A stretch of 64,000 nt of DNA from assembly GCF_006345805.1 (NCBI RefSeq), contig NC_043004.1, forward strand, positions 4,340,001-4,404,000. The letters run 5' to 3'. This document shows positions 46,601 to 58,837 of this stretch, one piece after another; the first letter of the stretch is position 1, and each line of letters begins with the position of its first letter. This DNA is from Octopus sinensis. Lineage: Eukaryota. Position numbers and translations under genes: made by a program. The notes beneath the pieces are model-generated. The model did not search any database, was not told where the DNA came from, and was given only the letters and a program-made list of their open reading frames with translations.

Positions 46601-47737
46601 GGAAGATGAACATTAGAGAAGTGGTCCAGAGAACTGGGTAGAGTGAATGGGTACGTAAGATTGTGAGAATGTGAAAGAAAAGTGGCATATGGATAGAGAC
46701 GGACATAGAAGTGAATGCAGTGAATGGTGAACACAATAAATAAAGTCAGTGTTTGGTTCCATACAACATAAGCTACAAACCATGATATGGAAGTGTTGCC
46801 TTCACTAAAATGTTATGATGAGGAAAAAAGTTGACATTCATTCTTGTGGTCAATTGTCCAGTTTCAATCTTCAAAAACAATAGACGTTTCAATCTTTTTG
46901 TAACTGATTTTAACAAGAACAAACTGTGTCTTTGTTTCAATTAAGTTTCAAAATAACCAAATAGTTAAAGATTTTTAGTAAAATAACGGTAACAGTGTTT
47001 TTATTTACTGGTTAAACTAAGTTGCTGTCAAGAACAATTTATGAAAAGGTTCTTATAGGTGCAGGAATGGCTGTGTGGTAAGTAGCTTGCTTTCCAACCA
47101 CATGGTTCCGGGTTTGGTCCCACTGTGTGGCATTTTGGGCAAGTGTCTTCTACTATAGCCTTGGGCTGACCAAAGCCTTGTGAGTGGATTTGGTAGACAG
47201 AAACTGAAAGAAGCCTGTCGTATATATACATATACATATATGTGTGGTTGTGTGTCTGTGTTTGTCCCCCCAACATCGCTTAACAGCCGATGGTGGTGTG
47301 TTTATGTCCCCGTAACTTAGCGGTTCGGCAAAAGAGACTGATAGAATAAGTACTGGGCTTACAAAGAATAAGTCCTGGGGTTGATTTGCCCGACTAAAGG
47401 CGGTGCTCCAGCATGGCCGCAGTCAAATGACTGAAACAAGTAAAAGAGTAAAAGAGAGTATATGAGAACCAGTGAGAGAGATTCTATTCAGTTGCTTGGC
47501 TTGTTAGAAATAGCAACTAAACCACCTTCAACTAACACACTCTCTCTCTTTAAAAACAAAAAGGATACATTCAATAATGTAGTGCCAGATATATTATGTT
47601 CACACACACACCACACACACAAAATCTATAAGATCATGGATGGAACATTTTTGATCAGAAGGGCATGGTTGATCTGGGACTAAATGACAATAACAATAGC
47701 CCTCACATGGAAAAAAAAACTGGGATGGATTCTTTAA

Positions 47738-47884
47738 CTATTGATATATCTGTTCCCACTCATATAAATAAAATTTTGGTTGATATTTCAAATTCAAATA
47801 AAAACCCTTCAATACTAGTCAATTTGAGTAGATCACTAACACTGAAATAGGGACAGTATTGAGCAGGTTTAAGTATCAAAAGGG
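47738..47884. mobile_element. TTAA-flanked MITE
   Basis: TTAA|CTATTGATAT ... TATCAAAAGGG|TTAA. Confidence 0.5.
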
Positions 47885-48084
47885 TTAAAGCAATTATTGA
47901 GGTCTAACTGACTCCTAGACATTGGTCTTTGTCTGTTAGAAGCAAGTAAACATTCAATATACAGAAACAAGACAATATATAGGCACAGATAATATGCTAG
48001 AAACAATATTCTATTATATTATTGTAGATATCCTGATGTTAGCAGGATGAAACTTCAAAAACAATATGAGCAAATGAGGGAGCC

Positions 48085-48200
48085 TCTGTTCAGTCTGTTG
48101 ATCTGCTAGAAATAGCAGCCAAATACCACTCAAAAAGTATCAGTAAAAATACCTTTTATTATAGGTCTGCTAGACGGGAATAGGCCTAGGGTGAAACAAC
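48085..48200 (+). repeat. Unclassified interspersed repeat with ctagaaatagcagccaaat core (representative)
   Basis: Motif recurs near 3765, 29850, 47510, 48440, 51150, 56920, 59995, 62090. Confidence 0.6.
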
Positions 48201-48733
48201 AGTCCAAAGCATTAGGGGAAATGTCTAAATTTTTCAAATAAGTTACAACTGGTCAGAAAATATGGGGATAAGAATAGTTCAGCCTGCTACAAACAGAATG
48301 GGTATAACTGGATATTTTTGATGATAGGTCCACTGGATAAGAACTGATCTGGAGTTAAATAATAACAACAAGACTAATGTCATCAACCACTACAATCACA
48401 AAGCAATGAAAGTGACCTTTATGAGATCACTCGGCCTGATAAAAATAGCAGCTAAATACCTCGAAATCTTACTCTATCATCTTAAAAAATGGAAAAGAGA
48501 CTTTGGATAATGACAACCACAGTTGGTGAGTCGGTCATCATAGGTCTGCTTGATAAGAGGTGACACCTGGTGCTAAAGAACCACAACAATAACACCATGA
48601 AGATAAAAGTAAATGTAAAATAGATCTAAAAAACACAATACATACAAATCAAAAATACAACTTTGAGATAAGAAAATTTGTTAAGAAAGTAACATAGAGG
48701 TATTAGTGGCTAATTAATATTTTGTAAAAGGCA

Positions 48734-48771
<38 letters not shown>

Positions 48772-49439
48772 TGATGATGATAATGGTTTCAAATTTTGCT
48801 ACAAGGGTAGCAATTTTAGGGGAGGGGATGAGTCTATCATATCAACCCCAGTGTTCAACTGGTACTTATTTTATCAATCCCTAAAGGACGAAAGGTAAAG
48901 TTGACCGTGGCAGAATTTGAACTCAGAAAGTAGCAATGGGCAAAATACTTCTAAGCATTTTGTCCAGCATGCTAACAATTCAGCCAGCTTAATAATAATA
49001 ATAATCCTTTCTAATATAGGCACAAGGCCTTAAATTTTGGGAGGAGGGGTTAGTCGATTACATCAACCCCAGCACTCAACTGGTACTTGATCACAAAAAG
49101 ATGAAAGGCAAAGTCATCCCAGACAGAATTTGAAACTAGAACGTAAAGATGGACCAAATGCCACGAAGCATTTTACCTGATGTACTAACGATTCTGCCAG
49201 CTTGTTACCTTAATAAAAACAACAATAATAATAATGATGACAAAAAGGCCAGCAAATTTGGGGAGAAGAAAAACCCGATTACATCGACCCTAATGTTCAA
49301 TTGGTACTTATTTTATTGACCCTGATAGGATGAAAGGCAAAGTCGGCCTCAGCAGAATTTGAACTCAGAATGTAAAGACAGATGATATGCTACTAAGCAT
49401 CTTGTCTGGTGTGCTAATGATTCTGCCAGCTATGCTGCC

Positions 49440-49480
<41 letters not shown>

Positions 49481-49481
<1 letters not shown>

Positions 49482-49815
49482 GGAGGGACAAACAAGAGTG
49501 CCTAATAATCGATGTGGCAGTGGCAGGAGATCAACATATTATCATGAAAGAAGTAGAAAACATTGATAAATATGGAATTTTATCAGTGAGAATTGAGATT
49601 GCTAAGATGTGGCAGCTTCAAGGGTCAAACATAAAGGCTGTCCCTATTGTCATTGGAGCATTTGGTTCAACACCACCCAACATGAGAAAATATCTTGAAA
49701 ATTTAGAAATACCCTACAATATAAGTGTATTGCAAGAATCAGCATTACTTAGAACTGTACACACATTGCGTAAAGTACTGCCTGAGGTCCTTGTTATCTT
49801 CAATCAACAATCTCG
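49481..49815 (+). mobile_element. RLE-type (R4/Dong/HERO-like) non-LTR retrotransposon 3' fragment inserted in (AAT)n
   Basis: CLIIDVAVAGD..I..KE.ENIDKY..L..EIAKMW...KAVPIVIGAFG...LRKVL = C-terminal restriction-like endonuclease; (AAT)n on both sides. Confidence 0.8.
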
Positions 49816-49849
49816 CGATATAATAATATCAATAACAATAATAATAATG

Positions 49850-49882
<33 letters not shown>

Positions 49883-49884
<2 letters not shown>

Positions 49885-50093
49885 CCTTTCTACTAAAGGC
49901 ACAAGGCCTGAAATTTTGAGGGAGGGGACCAGTCGATTACATCGACCGCAGTGTTTCACTGGTACTTAATTTAACGACCCTGAAAGGATGAAAGGCAAAG
50001 CAACCCTCAGCGATATTTGAACTCAGAATGTAAGGACAGATGAAATGCCACAAAGAATTTCGCTTGGCTAATGATTCTACCAGCTTGCCGCCT
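49883..50093 (-). mobile_element. tRNA-derived SINE family C (central gtcgactttgcctttcatcctttcggggtcgataaa, MetaSINE-like), representative
   Basis: Head aggcggc.agctgg.agaatc.ttagc, B box gagttcaaat, (ATT)n tail; copies 4690-4915, 25280-25465, 27970-28185(+), 36075-36170, 44812-44950, 48785-48990, 49005-49210, 49240-49440, 51600-51810. Confidence 0.85.
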
Positions 50094-52345
50094 TAGTAGT
50101 AGTAATAATAATAATAATAATAACAACAACATAAAAGTATTTAGTCTAATTAAGCAATAATTCTTTTAGAGATTCTCAAGATGCTGAAACCAAAGAATTT
50201 AAAGAAAGAATAACAGAAAATTACCTTGATAAACAACAACCAATGTTTGATAAAAATTAGATTTTAAATTGGAACCATATGAAAACCTTAAAATTGAGAG
50301 TACTGAATTTCACATATAGCAATCTGGTTGGGAGCCACATGAAGCGGGCGAACAGTGGACCCATCTGCAATTTTGTGTTGATTTCGCTCGTTTGTAAGTT
50401 AAGAACCATATGTCAGGTAATTCTATAGAACTCATCTGCTGAGCTTCCTTTAGTTAGTTGCAAAGATAGAATGGTGCCAAAGAAGATACAGCTGCCAATA
50501 TTTACAGATTATTTATGGAGCAAGAGAAGGCGGGGTAAAACCTAAATAGACACACACACACACACACACACATAGAAACACACATGTATGTGTGTGTGTG
50601 TGTTTGAGAGTGTATGCGTGTGTTCACTCTTGAAGTGAAATATTTAAAATAGATTTGTAAAAAGAAAGAGGAAAAGAAAAAGGTATAAAAAGAGATAGGA
50701 AAATGAGAAAAACAAAGAAAATGAGAGAAAGGGAAAGAGAGGGGAAAACAGAGAGAGAGAGAGAGGAAACAAAAGATAGATAGTGGTGGGGGTAGGGAAA
50801 GAAAGAGAAAGAAGACGAAATGTGAGGAAAACATGAAAAAATAAAGCAAAGAAAAAAATGGAAGGAGATAGAAAGAGCGACCAACCAACAAACCAGCCAA
50901 CCAAATGTGAGAGAAACCGAAAAAGAAAGAGAACCAAGTTGTTACAAGTTCTTGAAATAAGATGCAGGGAAGATTGATGATGTTGAATCTGTTAAACATA
51001 CAAGAGTTAAGTCAATCAACCATTGAAATAATAATTGTCCCAGCTGATCGTACATTTGCCTGATCAGGGCTAAAAAACAACAATTGTTCAAGCCAAACAA
51101 TAAAAACTATACACACAAATAAGAGAGCCTCTATGCAGTTGTTTGAACTGCTAGAAACAGCAGCCAAATCTCCCTCAAGTTATACCCTATCACAATAACA
51201 ACAAACAACTGCACTTCTCATTAAATAAGTAGAGGGGAGGACAGGATGAAGAGAGTACAATGATGTTCCTTTATGTGTTCTGGGTTAGCTTTGCCTTTCA
51301 TCCTTATGGTGTCAATTAACATAAATATCAGACAAGTCCCGAAAAGGATTTAACCAACTATATATCCTCCTCTCTCACAAAATGTGACATTCTGCTTGTG
51401 GTAGAAATCATCCCTTTTCATTCTGAATTCAAATCTTGCTAGGGTCCAGTTTTGCCCTTCATCATCTGGAACCTATAAAATACAGAATTTACCCATGTAT
51501 CTGTTGCACTCCTAATTTAATGTTAAATCTTGGTACCAAAGTTTTAGATTTGCCCCTTGTATAAGTCACACCCCAGTTTGTTCAGTTAAAATCAATTATT
51601 GCTTTCAAATTTTGGCACAAGGCCAGCAGATTCTGGGGAGTGGGCAAGTCACTTACATCAACCACAGTACTTAAGTGGTACTTATTTTATTGACTCCGAA
51701 AATATGAAAGGCAAAGTCGACCTAGCAGAATTTGAACTCCGAACATATAGACGGATGAAATGCTGCTAAGCATTTTGCCCGGTGCAGTAACAATTCTACC
51801 AGCTCACCACTTTAGTAAATAGTGCAACTTATACATGAGGAAATATGTCAAGTACTAGTCAAGTACTGAGAACTAATCTAACCAACTATACTCCAGTTAC
51901 AAAAATGTGTAACTTTGTATCTATGCTTGAAAGTAAACCCTTCATTGACAGTGACAAACCTACATCAATCATAAGCAACCCTAGAAACAAAAGGTGAAGC
52001 TGTTAATTTTCAGGTTTTTTCATTATTTACACTCTTGTTTTTTTTCTACTAAGGTTGTTATTTACCCTAACTCAGCACCGATAGTGTAAACATATAAGAT
52101 GAAAGATGTCTAAATACTACTTTATCTTATATGACCTTCCCTTTTTTTTTTTTCAAGGTTTGGCTGCTATTCTAGTCAGTTTCAATCATTACCTAGAGGC
52201 TCCCTCGGCTTGTTTCATTACTGTTGATGGTGATGATGTTATTTTGTTTATAGTCAAACTTTAAAACTAAAAACTGTTAGTTATAAATAACAGGCAACAA
52301 AACGCGATGTGGGAAGAAAAATACAAAAATATCAGAGGAACTCAC

Positions 52346-52480
52346 CAATGGTTCTTTTAGTCTTCCCCAGCATGTTGACTGCTGAAAAATGTCCAACAAG
52401 GTTTTAGCAACTCTCTTGTTAAACAGGGCAGAGTAAGAGACGAGAGCAATTTCAATACAAGAAACACCCAATCCATATAG
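52346..52480 (-). other. Candidate non-coding 5' UTR exon of LRSAM1
   Basis: Strong donor TTG|GTGAGT in apparently non-repetitive sequence; acceptor ambiguous. An upstream exon is expected because the ATG exon has a 3' splice site. Confidence 0.25.
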
Positions 52481-53412
52481 AATGACTAATAGCAGTCAAC
52501 AGGGAGAAAGAAATCATTTCAGTGGAATTCAATCAAGAACAGAAGAAAATTACCATTTTAACAGTTAAATACCAAATGAACATACCAATCTTGGTTTGTT
52601 CCAAATACAAACACACCAAGATTGATGTAGCAGAGTTGTGTGTACATGTGAACATGTGTTTTGTTGACGCCCAGGATTAAGGGGGGGAAAAAAAAAAAAC
52701 CTGGGCCCAGGTTAGACTGACCTTGTACAACATGGTTGACTGATCAATATCAGAAAAGGACTATCTCACTGTTAAAATGATGACATTACTTCTGGTAACA
52801 AATCGTGAAAATATCCAAAATTGCAAATGCTATCCAACCCACGCTAGCATAAAAAAAAATCAACAACACAGAAACAAACAGACCAAATATGAAAACATTA
52901 ACAATGATAACCCAAAGCAACAGCAACAAAAACAAATACATATCTTGGGCAACATTGATTTCTGTACATGAAATAGAAACAATAAATGCAAGAATTAAAA
53001 TGGAATTGTTAAGTGCACTTCAAGAATAAAAATTCAATGAAACCTACCACTCCAAGTTCTTTACTGAAAGTAGTCATCAAGCAATCTCCTTCAAGACTGC
53101 AGCAGACAAGAAACTCATAACAGTAAGTTACACTGAATATCTCAGTTCTCTCTTTCTCTCTCTCTAAAACTCACATACAATAATCATGGTTTAACATCCG
53201 CTTTTCCATGCATGCATGGGTCAAAAGGAATTTGTTGAGACATACATTCTATGGCTGGATGCTCTTCTGCTTACCAACCCTCACTTCTTTCCAAACCATG
53301 TATTATTTCTCCATTGCCAGACATGTTTTTTTTTTTTATGGAAGAATGGAAATGAACAATATCGTTTGTATGACAGTGATTACCACCTGCTTTTATAGCA
53401 AGTTGATGCAAG

Positions 53413-53485
53413 TAGTTCATCCCGTCCCCCCTCCAACTTCTAGTTCATGCAATTGAAAAAAACCCACATTATTTATGGGATGACC

Positions 53486-53489
<4 letters not shown>
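53413..53489 (-). mobile_element. Terminal fragment of the same mariner family
   Basis: Matches 21590-21655 (…agttcatg.aattgaaa…cacattatttatggga.gacc.aa). Confidence 0.65.
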
Positions 53490-53564
<75 letters not shown>

Positions 53565-53604
53565 TCATCATTTAACGTCCGCTTTTCCATGCTAGCATGG
53601 ATTA

Positions 53605-53846
53605 TATATGTAAGGATGAGCAAATTAGACAGATCATTATATAAAGTATATTAAATACATGAAATACAAAAAATGTATATATGTATATGTATAAAAAGGT
53701 CCAACTTACACAGAGTACAATATATATCATTTGTACCTGTGTAAGTTAGACTTTTTTATACGTGTAGATATATACAATTTTTTGTATTTCATGTATTTAA
53801 TATATTTTACATATTGATCTGTCTAATTCGCTTATCCTTACATATA
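53605..53846. mobile_element. Foldback MITE-like palindrome
   Basis: Two imperfect arms of roughly 115 bp around a 10-nt spacer (GTACAA-tatatatcat-TTGTAC); termini TATATGTAAGG / CCTTACATATA. Confidence 0.8.
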
Positions 53847-54649
53847 CTTCTGTACCTGGTCAAGTCTAAATCTCTTGAGCACTACTAAGTGTATTCTATA
53901 TGGAGAATATCTGAATCTCATCTATGAACCGTGTGTGTATATTCATCAATATCATCATTTAGCATCATGCCCACATGCTAGCATGGGTCAGACGGAATTT
54001 GCTGAGGCAGATTTTCTATGGTGAGATGCCCTACCTGTCACTGTGCAGCACCTTGGGTAAGTGACTTCTATGATAGCTTTGGGACAACCAAAACCATGTG
54101 AGTGGATTTGCTAGATGGAAACTGAAAAAAGCTCTTCGTATGTGTGTGTGTGTCTTTGTGATTGGTTGGTTCCCAGCACTGCTTGACAACCAGTATTGGT
54201 TTGGACAACAAAAAGACCCAAAAAGCAAGTACCAGGTTTAAAAAGAAAATAAATACTAGGATCAATTAGTTTGACCAAACACTTCCAGGTGCTTCCCCAG
54301 CATAGCTGCAGTCAAATGACTGTAACAAGAACCAAGTAAGAAGATTAAAAAAAAAAAAGGTACAAAGGGCTTTCACACAGTTCCCAGCTACCAAATTCAC
54401 TCACAGAGGCATTAAACCCAAAACCATGTAGCAGAAAAGCAAGCTTCTTAACCTTGCAGCCATGCTTGTCCCTATATATTTTTATTTAAGACATAGTACT
54501 ACAATGTAAGGTATTATTAAGTGCACTTTATAAAATCTTGTGTCAAATCCTGTGTGCACATACACAGGCACTTGTGTGTGTATGTGTACTGAGTAACAAC
54601 ATCCTTGCTAAATATGTCAATTAGGTAACAGAATCAATTGATTACTTCA

Positions 54650-55340
54650 AGTGAGCCAACCAACAATTTAAGTGAGTCTCATTTCCAGAATGCTCAAAGT
54701 GCATATTGCTCCACTGCGTCAACCACATACAAAGCTTCCACTATATCTCTTGTGTAACGTTAACTTACATTGGGTACAGCATATGGAGTTTATACCTACT
54801 TCTTTTCTGCATACGGAGCAAAGCCATTTCTTTTATGATACATTGGTCTTATCTTCTTTCCTATTTCTTAATGTATTACTCTTTGCTAAGTTTACTTTCA
54901 GGTCTTTTGATTCTAAGTTTTGCTTCCATGCTCAGAATTTCTTCTCTAATTCCAATATAGATTCAGCTATAAGAACTAGGTCATCACCATTTGTGATGAT
55001 CTACAGGGCTATGATGAATACAAGAGGGCTGAGAACTGAACCTTGATGGACCCCGTGCTTTCAAGCTAAATTCATCACTGAAATCATGACCTTCACTTTA
55101 CTTGTTACACTTTTGTACAAAATTGGTACAATCTTCAGACGCCAATCCTCTATGCCCAGCTTCTTTAGTGACCGCCCAGACAAAGGCCATCCTAAACTCT
55201 CCAAATGCCAGATATGGTTTCACCTAGAGTACTTCTTATGAGTATGAAGCCAAACTACATTCATTTAAGCTGACTCAGTTCCTGATAAATTCTGTTATGC
55301 CTCTCTGTGACTTTCATGGTTACAGAGACAATATGATACC
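54650..55340 (-). mobile_element. RTE LINE reverse-transcriptase fragment
   Basis: GVHQGSVLSPLVFII...GDDLVLIAES...WKQNLESKDLKVN...CSVCRKEVGINSICC. Confidence 0.8.
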
Positions 55341-56124
55341 TCTATACTTAACCCACACTAAAGCATCTTCATACCTTTATAGCAGTTTGCAATGATACTA
55401 TTTTGCCAAAATGCAGCAGTCTTTTGCACAGTTTCCTTCTATCAATTTCACTTACAAGGCATCAATCAACCTGAGGCTATAGTAGAAGACACTTGACCAA
55501 GATATCACACAATGAGGCTGTACCTGGAACTATGAGACTATTAAGCAAACTCCCGAGCCACACAGCTATGCCTGAACCTATTCACTCAACTAATTTAGTA
55601 ATGAGTTCTGTCTTCTTTGTTCATATCAAGCTTGCCGGTGCTGGTGCCACATAAAAAGTGCAGTCCACTCCGTATAGTGGTTAGCATTAGAAAGGACAGT
55701 CAGCTGTAAAAACAGTGCCAGACAGACAGTGAAGCCGGATGCAGTCTTCTGCCTAGTCAGCTCCTGTCAAACCATCTAACTCATGCCAGCATGGAAAGCG
55801 GACGTTAAATGACGATGATATATACATATATACATCAAAAGGCCCTTCTGAGTTATAAGTTCATACGACTGGTTTTCCAGATTCAGAGAAAAGTATGTCC
55901 AACCATCACTGGATAGAATGCCAATCCATCATGGGATTACTCATTTTTACCGTCTGTATGGATTGGAGCAATGTGAAATGAAGTGTCTTAAGAACATAAT
56001 GATCTAAAGCATCACCCAGTCCAGGAAATGAAACCACAATCTTATGACCATGAGTGCAACATCATAACCATTATACTACATTCATATACATATATCTCAT
56101 CATCAAGATGAACGTTAGACGATG

Positions 56125-56157
<33 letters not shown>

Positions 56158-56724
56158 CATTGTGACTCTATGGCACGAAGCAAAGCAAGCTTTGACTTCA
56201 ACTCAAGAAAACACATGGTAAATGATTCCCTTTGCCGAAAGGTTTGCAAAGCACCACCAGGCCCCAAGAAAACATTCAGGAAAGACTTCTACCACCACCA
56301 TTTATATTTCCAAATTTTTTTACTTTTCTTTTTTTTTTTTTTGCTAAAAACCCACATTCGTGTCCATAGAACAAAATTACCGCTTTATTTTACTGAACCT
56401 TTTTTTGTCGTTCACAACGAGAGAATCCATCATATGTGTGTGTAAATATGCACACACACACACACACACACACACGTGTGTGTGTATATATAAATACACG
56501 TGTGTGCATGATGAATATAAATTTTATTCCAGATGGTTGGCAGTATCTATGCTGGGACAGAAAGAAAAGTTGTCTTTCTTTTCCAATATCAATTTCCTGT
56601 TAAAATTATATCCTCGTGTTTTCTTACATTGTTTGTAACAAAGCGTTCACTCAAATGATATCATAACGAAGTATTTCTGTACACAACGGCACCCTCTCAC
56701 CTACCCCACAACACTACTATTTTT

Positions 56725-56797
56725 ACAATTTTGTTTTCACAAGTAACGAATGGCATGTACTTGTACATGCCATTCGTTACTGTGAAAACAAAATTGT
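56725..56797. repeat. Near-perfect 73-nt hairpin
   Basis: ACAATTTTGTTTTCACAAGTAACGAATGGCATGTAC-TT-GTACATGCCATTCGTTACTGTGAAAACAAAATTGT; 35 bp with one bulged A. Confidence 0.9.
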
Positions 56798-57521
56798 CAT
56801 GTTACCACTACTAATAGACTTCATACATGCCGTAATGTACTGGAACTACTACACAGCAGTTCAAAACTGTTCGCAGACGAACCAACAAAAGAGACTCTAC
56901 GCCGTCGCTCAACCCGCTAGAAATAGCAGCCAGATAATCTCCCTCAACTTTCAACCTTTCGTTTTAAAAAGGGACAGATACATTGGATAATGTTATCTTG
57001 GGTGTAATGTATGAGAGCAAAACAAAACAAAGAATACTGACAGCTAAAATGGTCTGAATCCAGTGTAAAACAATAACAACACTCATTGTCTTTAGATTTA
57101 ACAGGATCCTAGTAAAATAGTAACGTTTTAATTTCTGCTGATAAAATTTCCTTCAACGCATTCTTTAAGAGACATGGTGTTCCAGTTCTCACAAAATTTC
57201 TTTTTGTTACAATTAATTGACACTGCTGAAACTTTCACTTTTTACACAATCAAACTTAACGTATTCACATATACGTGTAGGCATGGCCGTTGTAGTCAAG
57301 AAGCTCACTTTGTAAATATGTGGTTTCGGGTTCAGTCTCACTGCGCAGCACCTTGGACAAATTCCGTTTACTATAACCCTGGGCGAACCAATGCCTTGAG
57401 AATGAATTTGGTAGATGAAAATCGTGTGGAAGCTTGTCATGTATATATATATATATAATTAGAAAAAAAAACCACCTTTTATATATTCAAAATGAAAAAT
57501 TAAATTACACCATCTAGAAAA

Positions 57522-57522
<1 letters not shown>

Positions 57523-57612
<90 letters not shown>

Positions 57613-57615
57613 TAT
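57523..57615. repeat. (TA)n microsatellite
   Basis: Direct reading; other long (TA)n at 13147-13200, 53490-53560, 58745-58770, 59057-59093, 62887-62918. Confidence 0.95.
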
Positions 57616-57640
57616 AAGTAACAAGGATGTCATGGTATTA

Positions 57641-57727
57641 GTGTATTACGGCCGTTTCAGGCGACTCCATTTAATCGATGAATGCAAGCATTAAATCAAT
57701 TTGAAATACACTGCCTTCCTCGGTGCA
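57641..57727 (-). ncRNA. Hammerhead-like motif (family 4), degenerate inverted partner
   Basis: Minus strand AUGCA-CCGAGGA-AGGCAG...UCGCCU-GAAAC-GGCC-GUA-AUACAC; palindromic ACGGCCGU intact, stem I eroded. Confidence 0.45.
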
Positions 57728-57762
57728 TAAGACCATATAGGTTTTCAAAATACAAGATACTC

Positions 57763-58163
57763 CTCTTTTACTCGTTTCAGTCATTTGACTGCGGCCATGC
57801 TGGAACACCGCCTTTAGTCGAGCAAATCGACCCCGGGATTTATTCTTTGTAAGCCCAGTACTTATTCTATAGGTCTCTTTTGCCAAACCGCTAAGTGACG
57901 GGGACGTAAACACACCAGCATCGGTTGTCAAGCAATGCTAGAGGGACAAACACAGACACACAAACATATACACACACACTTATATCTATATACATATATA
58001 CGACAGGCTTCTTTCAGTTTCTGTCTACCAAATCCACTCACAAGGCATTGGTCGGCCGGGGCTATAGCAGAAGACACTTGCTCAAGATGCCACGCAGTGG
58101 GACTGAACCCGGAAACATGTGGTTGGTTAGCAAGCTACTTACCACACAGCCACTCCTGCGCCT
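57763..58163 (-). mobile_element. SINE family A, young copy
   Basis: Nearly identical by eye to the reverse complement of 62919-63320. Confidence 0.9.
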
Positions 58164-58551
58164 ATAACTCCGTTATAATTTTTTAACAAATTTTTCATCA
58201 GAACTAGAGACTAAAAGAATTACATGCTTATTGCTATTATTGTAGTAGAACAAACTTAAGGAGAAAATACCTAAAGCCTACTATAATTTGTAGTAGCAGA
58301 AGAGATTGACAAAGTGGAGGGTCATGAGATGATAATATAGCTACATTTATCTATCTCGTTATCACCATCGAAAGATCTAAAGCAGCTACTATTCTATGTC
58401 CACTAAGAATTAAAAACCACTGGGAATCTACAGTTAGGTTCTAGCTGCTGATGATAAATTGATTAATGTCAGATACACTTCCCTACCCCTAATTTATTTG
58501 CTGAAATATTATGATGATGTATCCTGTATGTTGAAAACTTTTATGGTCTTA

Positions 58552-58645
58552 TGCTTCCGAGGAAGGGGAAGGCGGTGTATTTCAAACTGATGTAATGCTT
58601 CCATTCATCAATTAAACGGAGCCGCCTGAAACAGCCGTAAGGCAC
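58552..58645 (+). ncRNA. Hammerhead-like motif (family 4) with long loop II
   Basis: UGCUU-CCGAGGA-[AGGGGA duplication]-AGGCGG(46 nt)CCGCCU-GAAAC-AGCC-GUA-AGGCA; stem I UGCUU/AGGCA. Confidence 0.55.
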
Positions 58646-58744
58646 TTGCACCTTGACATCCTTGTTACTTATTTGCTCCTTATTCACCTTTTTGAGTGGT
58701 GTGGATAATACTGGACTGACTTGGTGCTTCAACCTAAGTACCTA

Positions 58745-58775
<31 letters not shown>

Positions 58776-58837
58776 TTTTTTTGTAATGAAATAAAAAACC
58801 AAGGCTGTGTAGATTTTAGAACATTTATAAATAGAAG

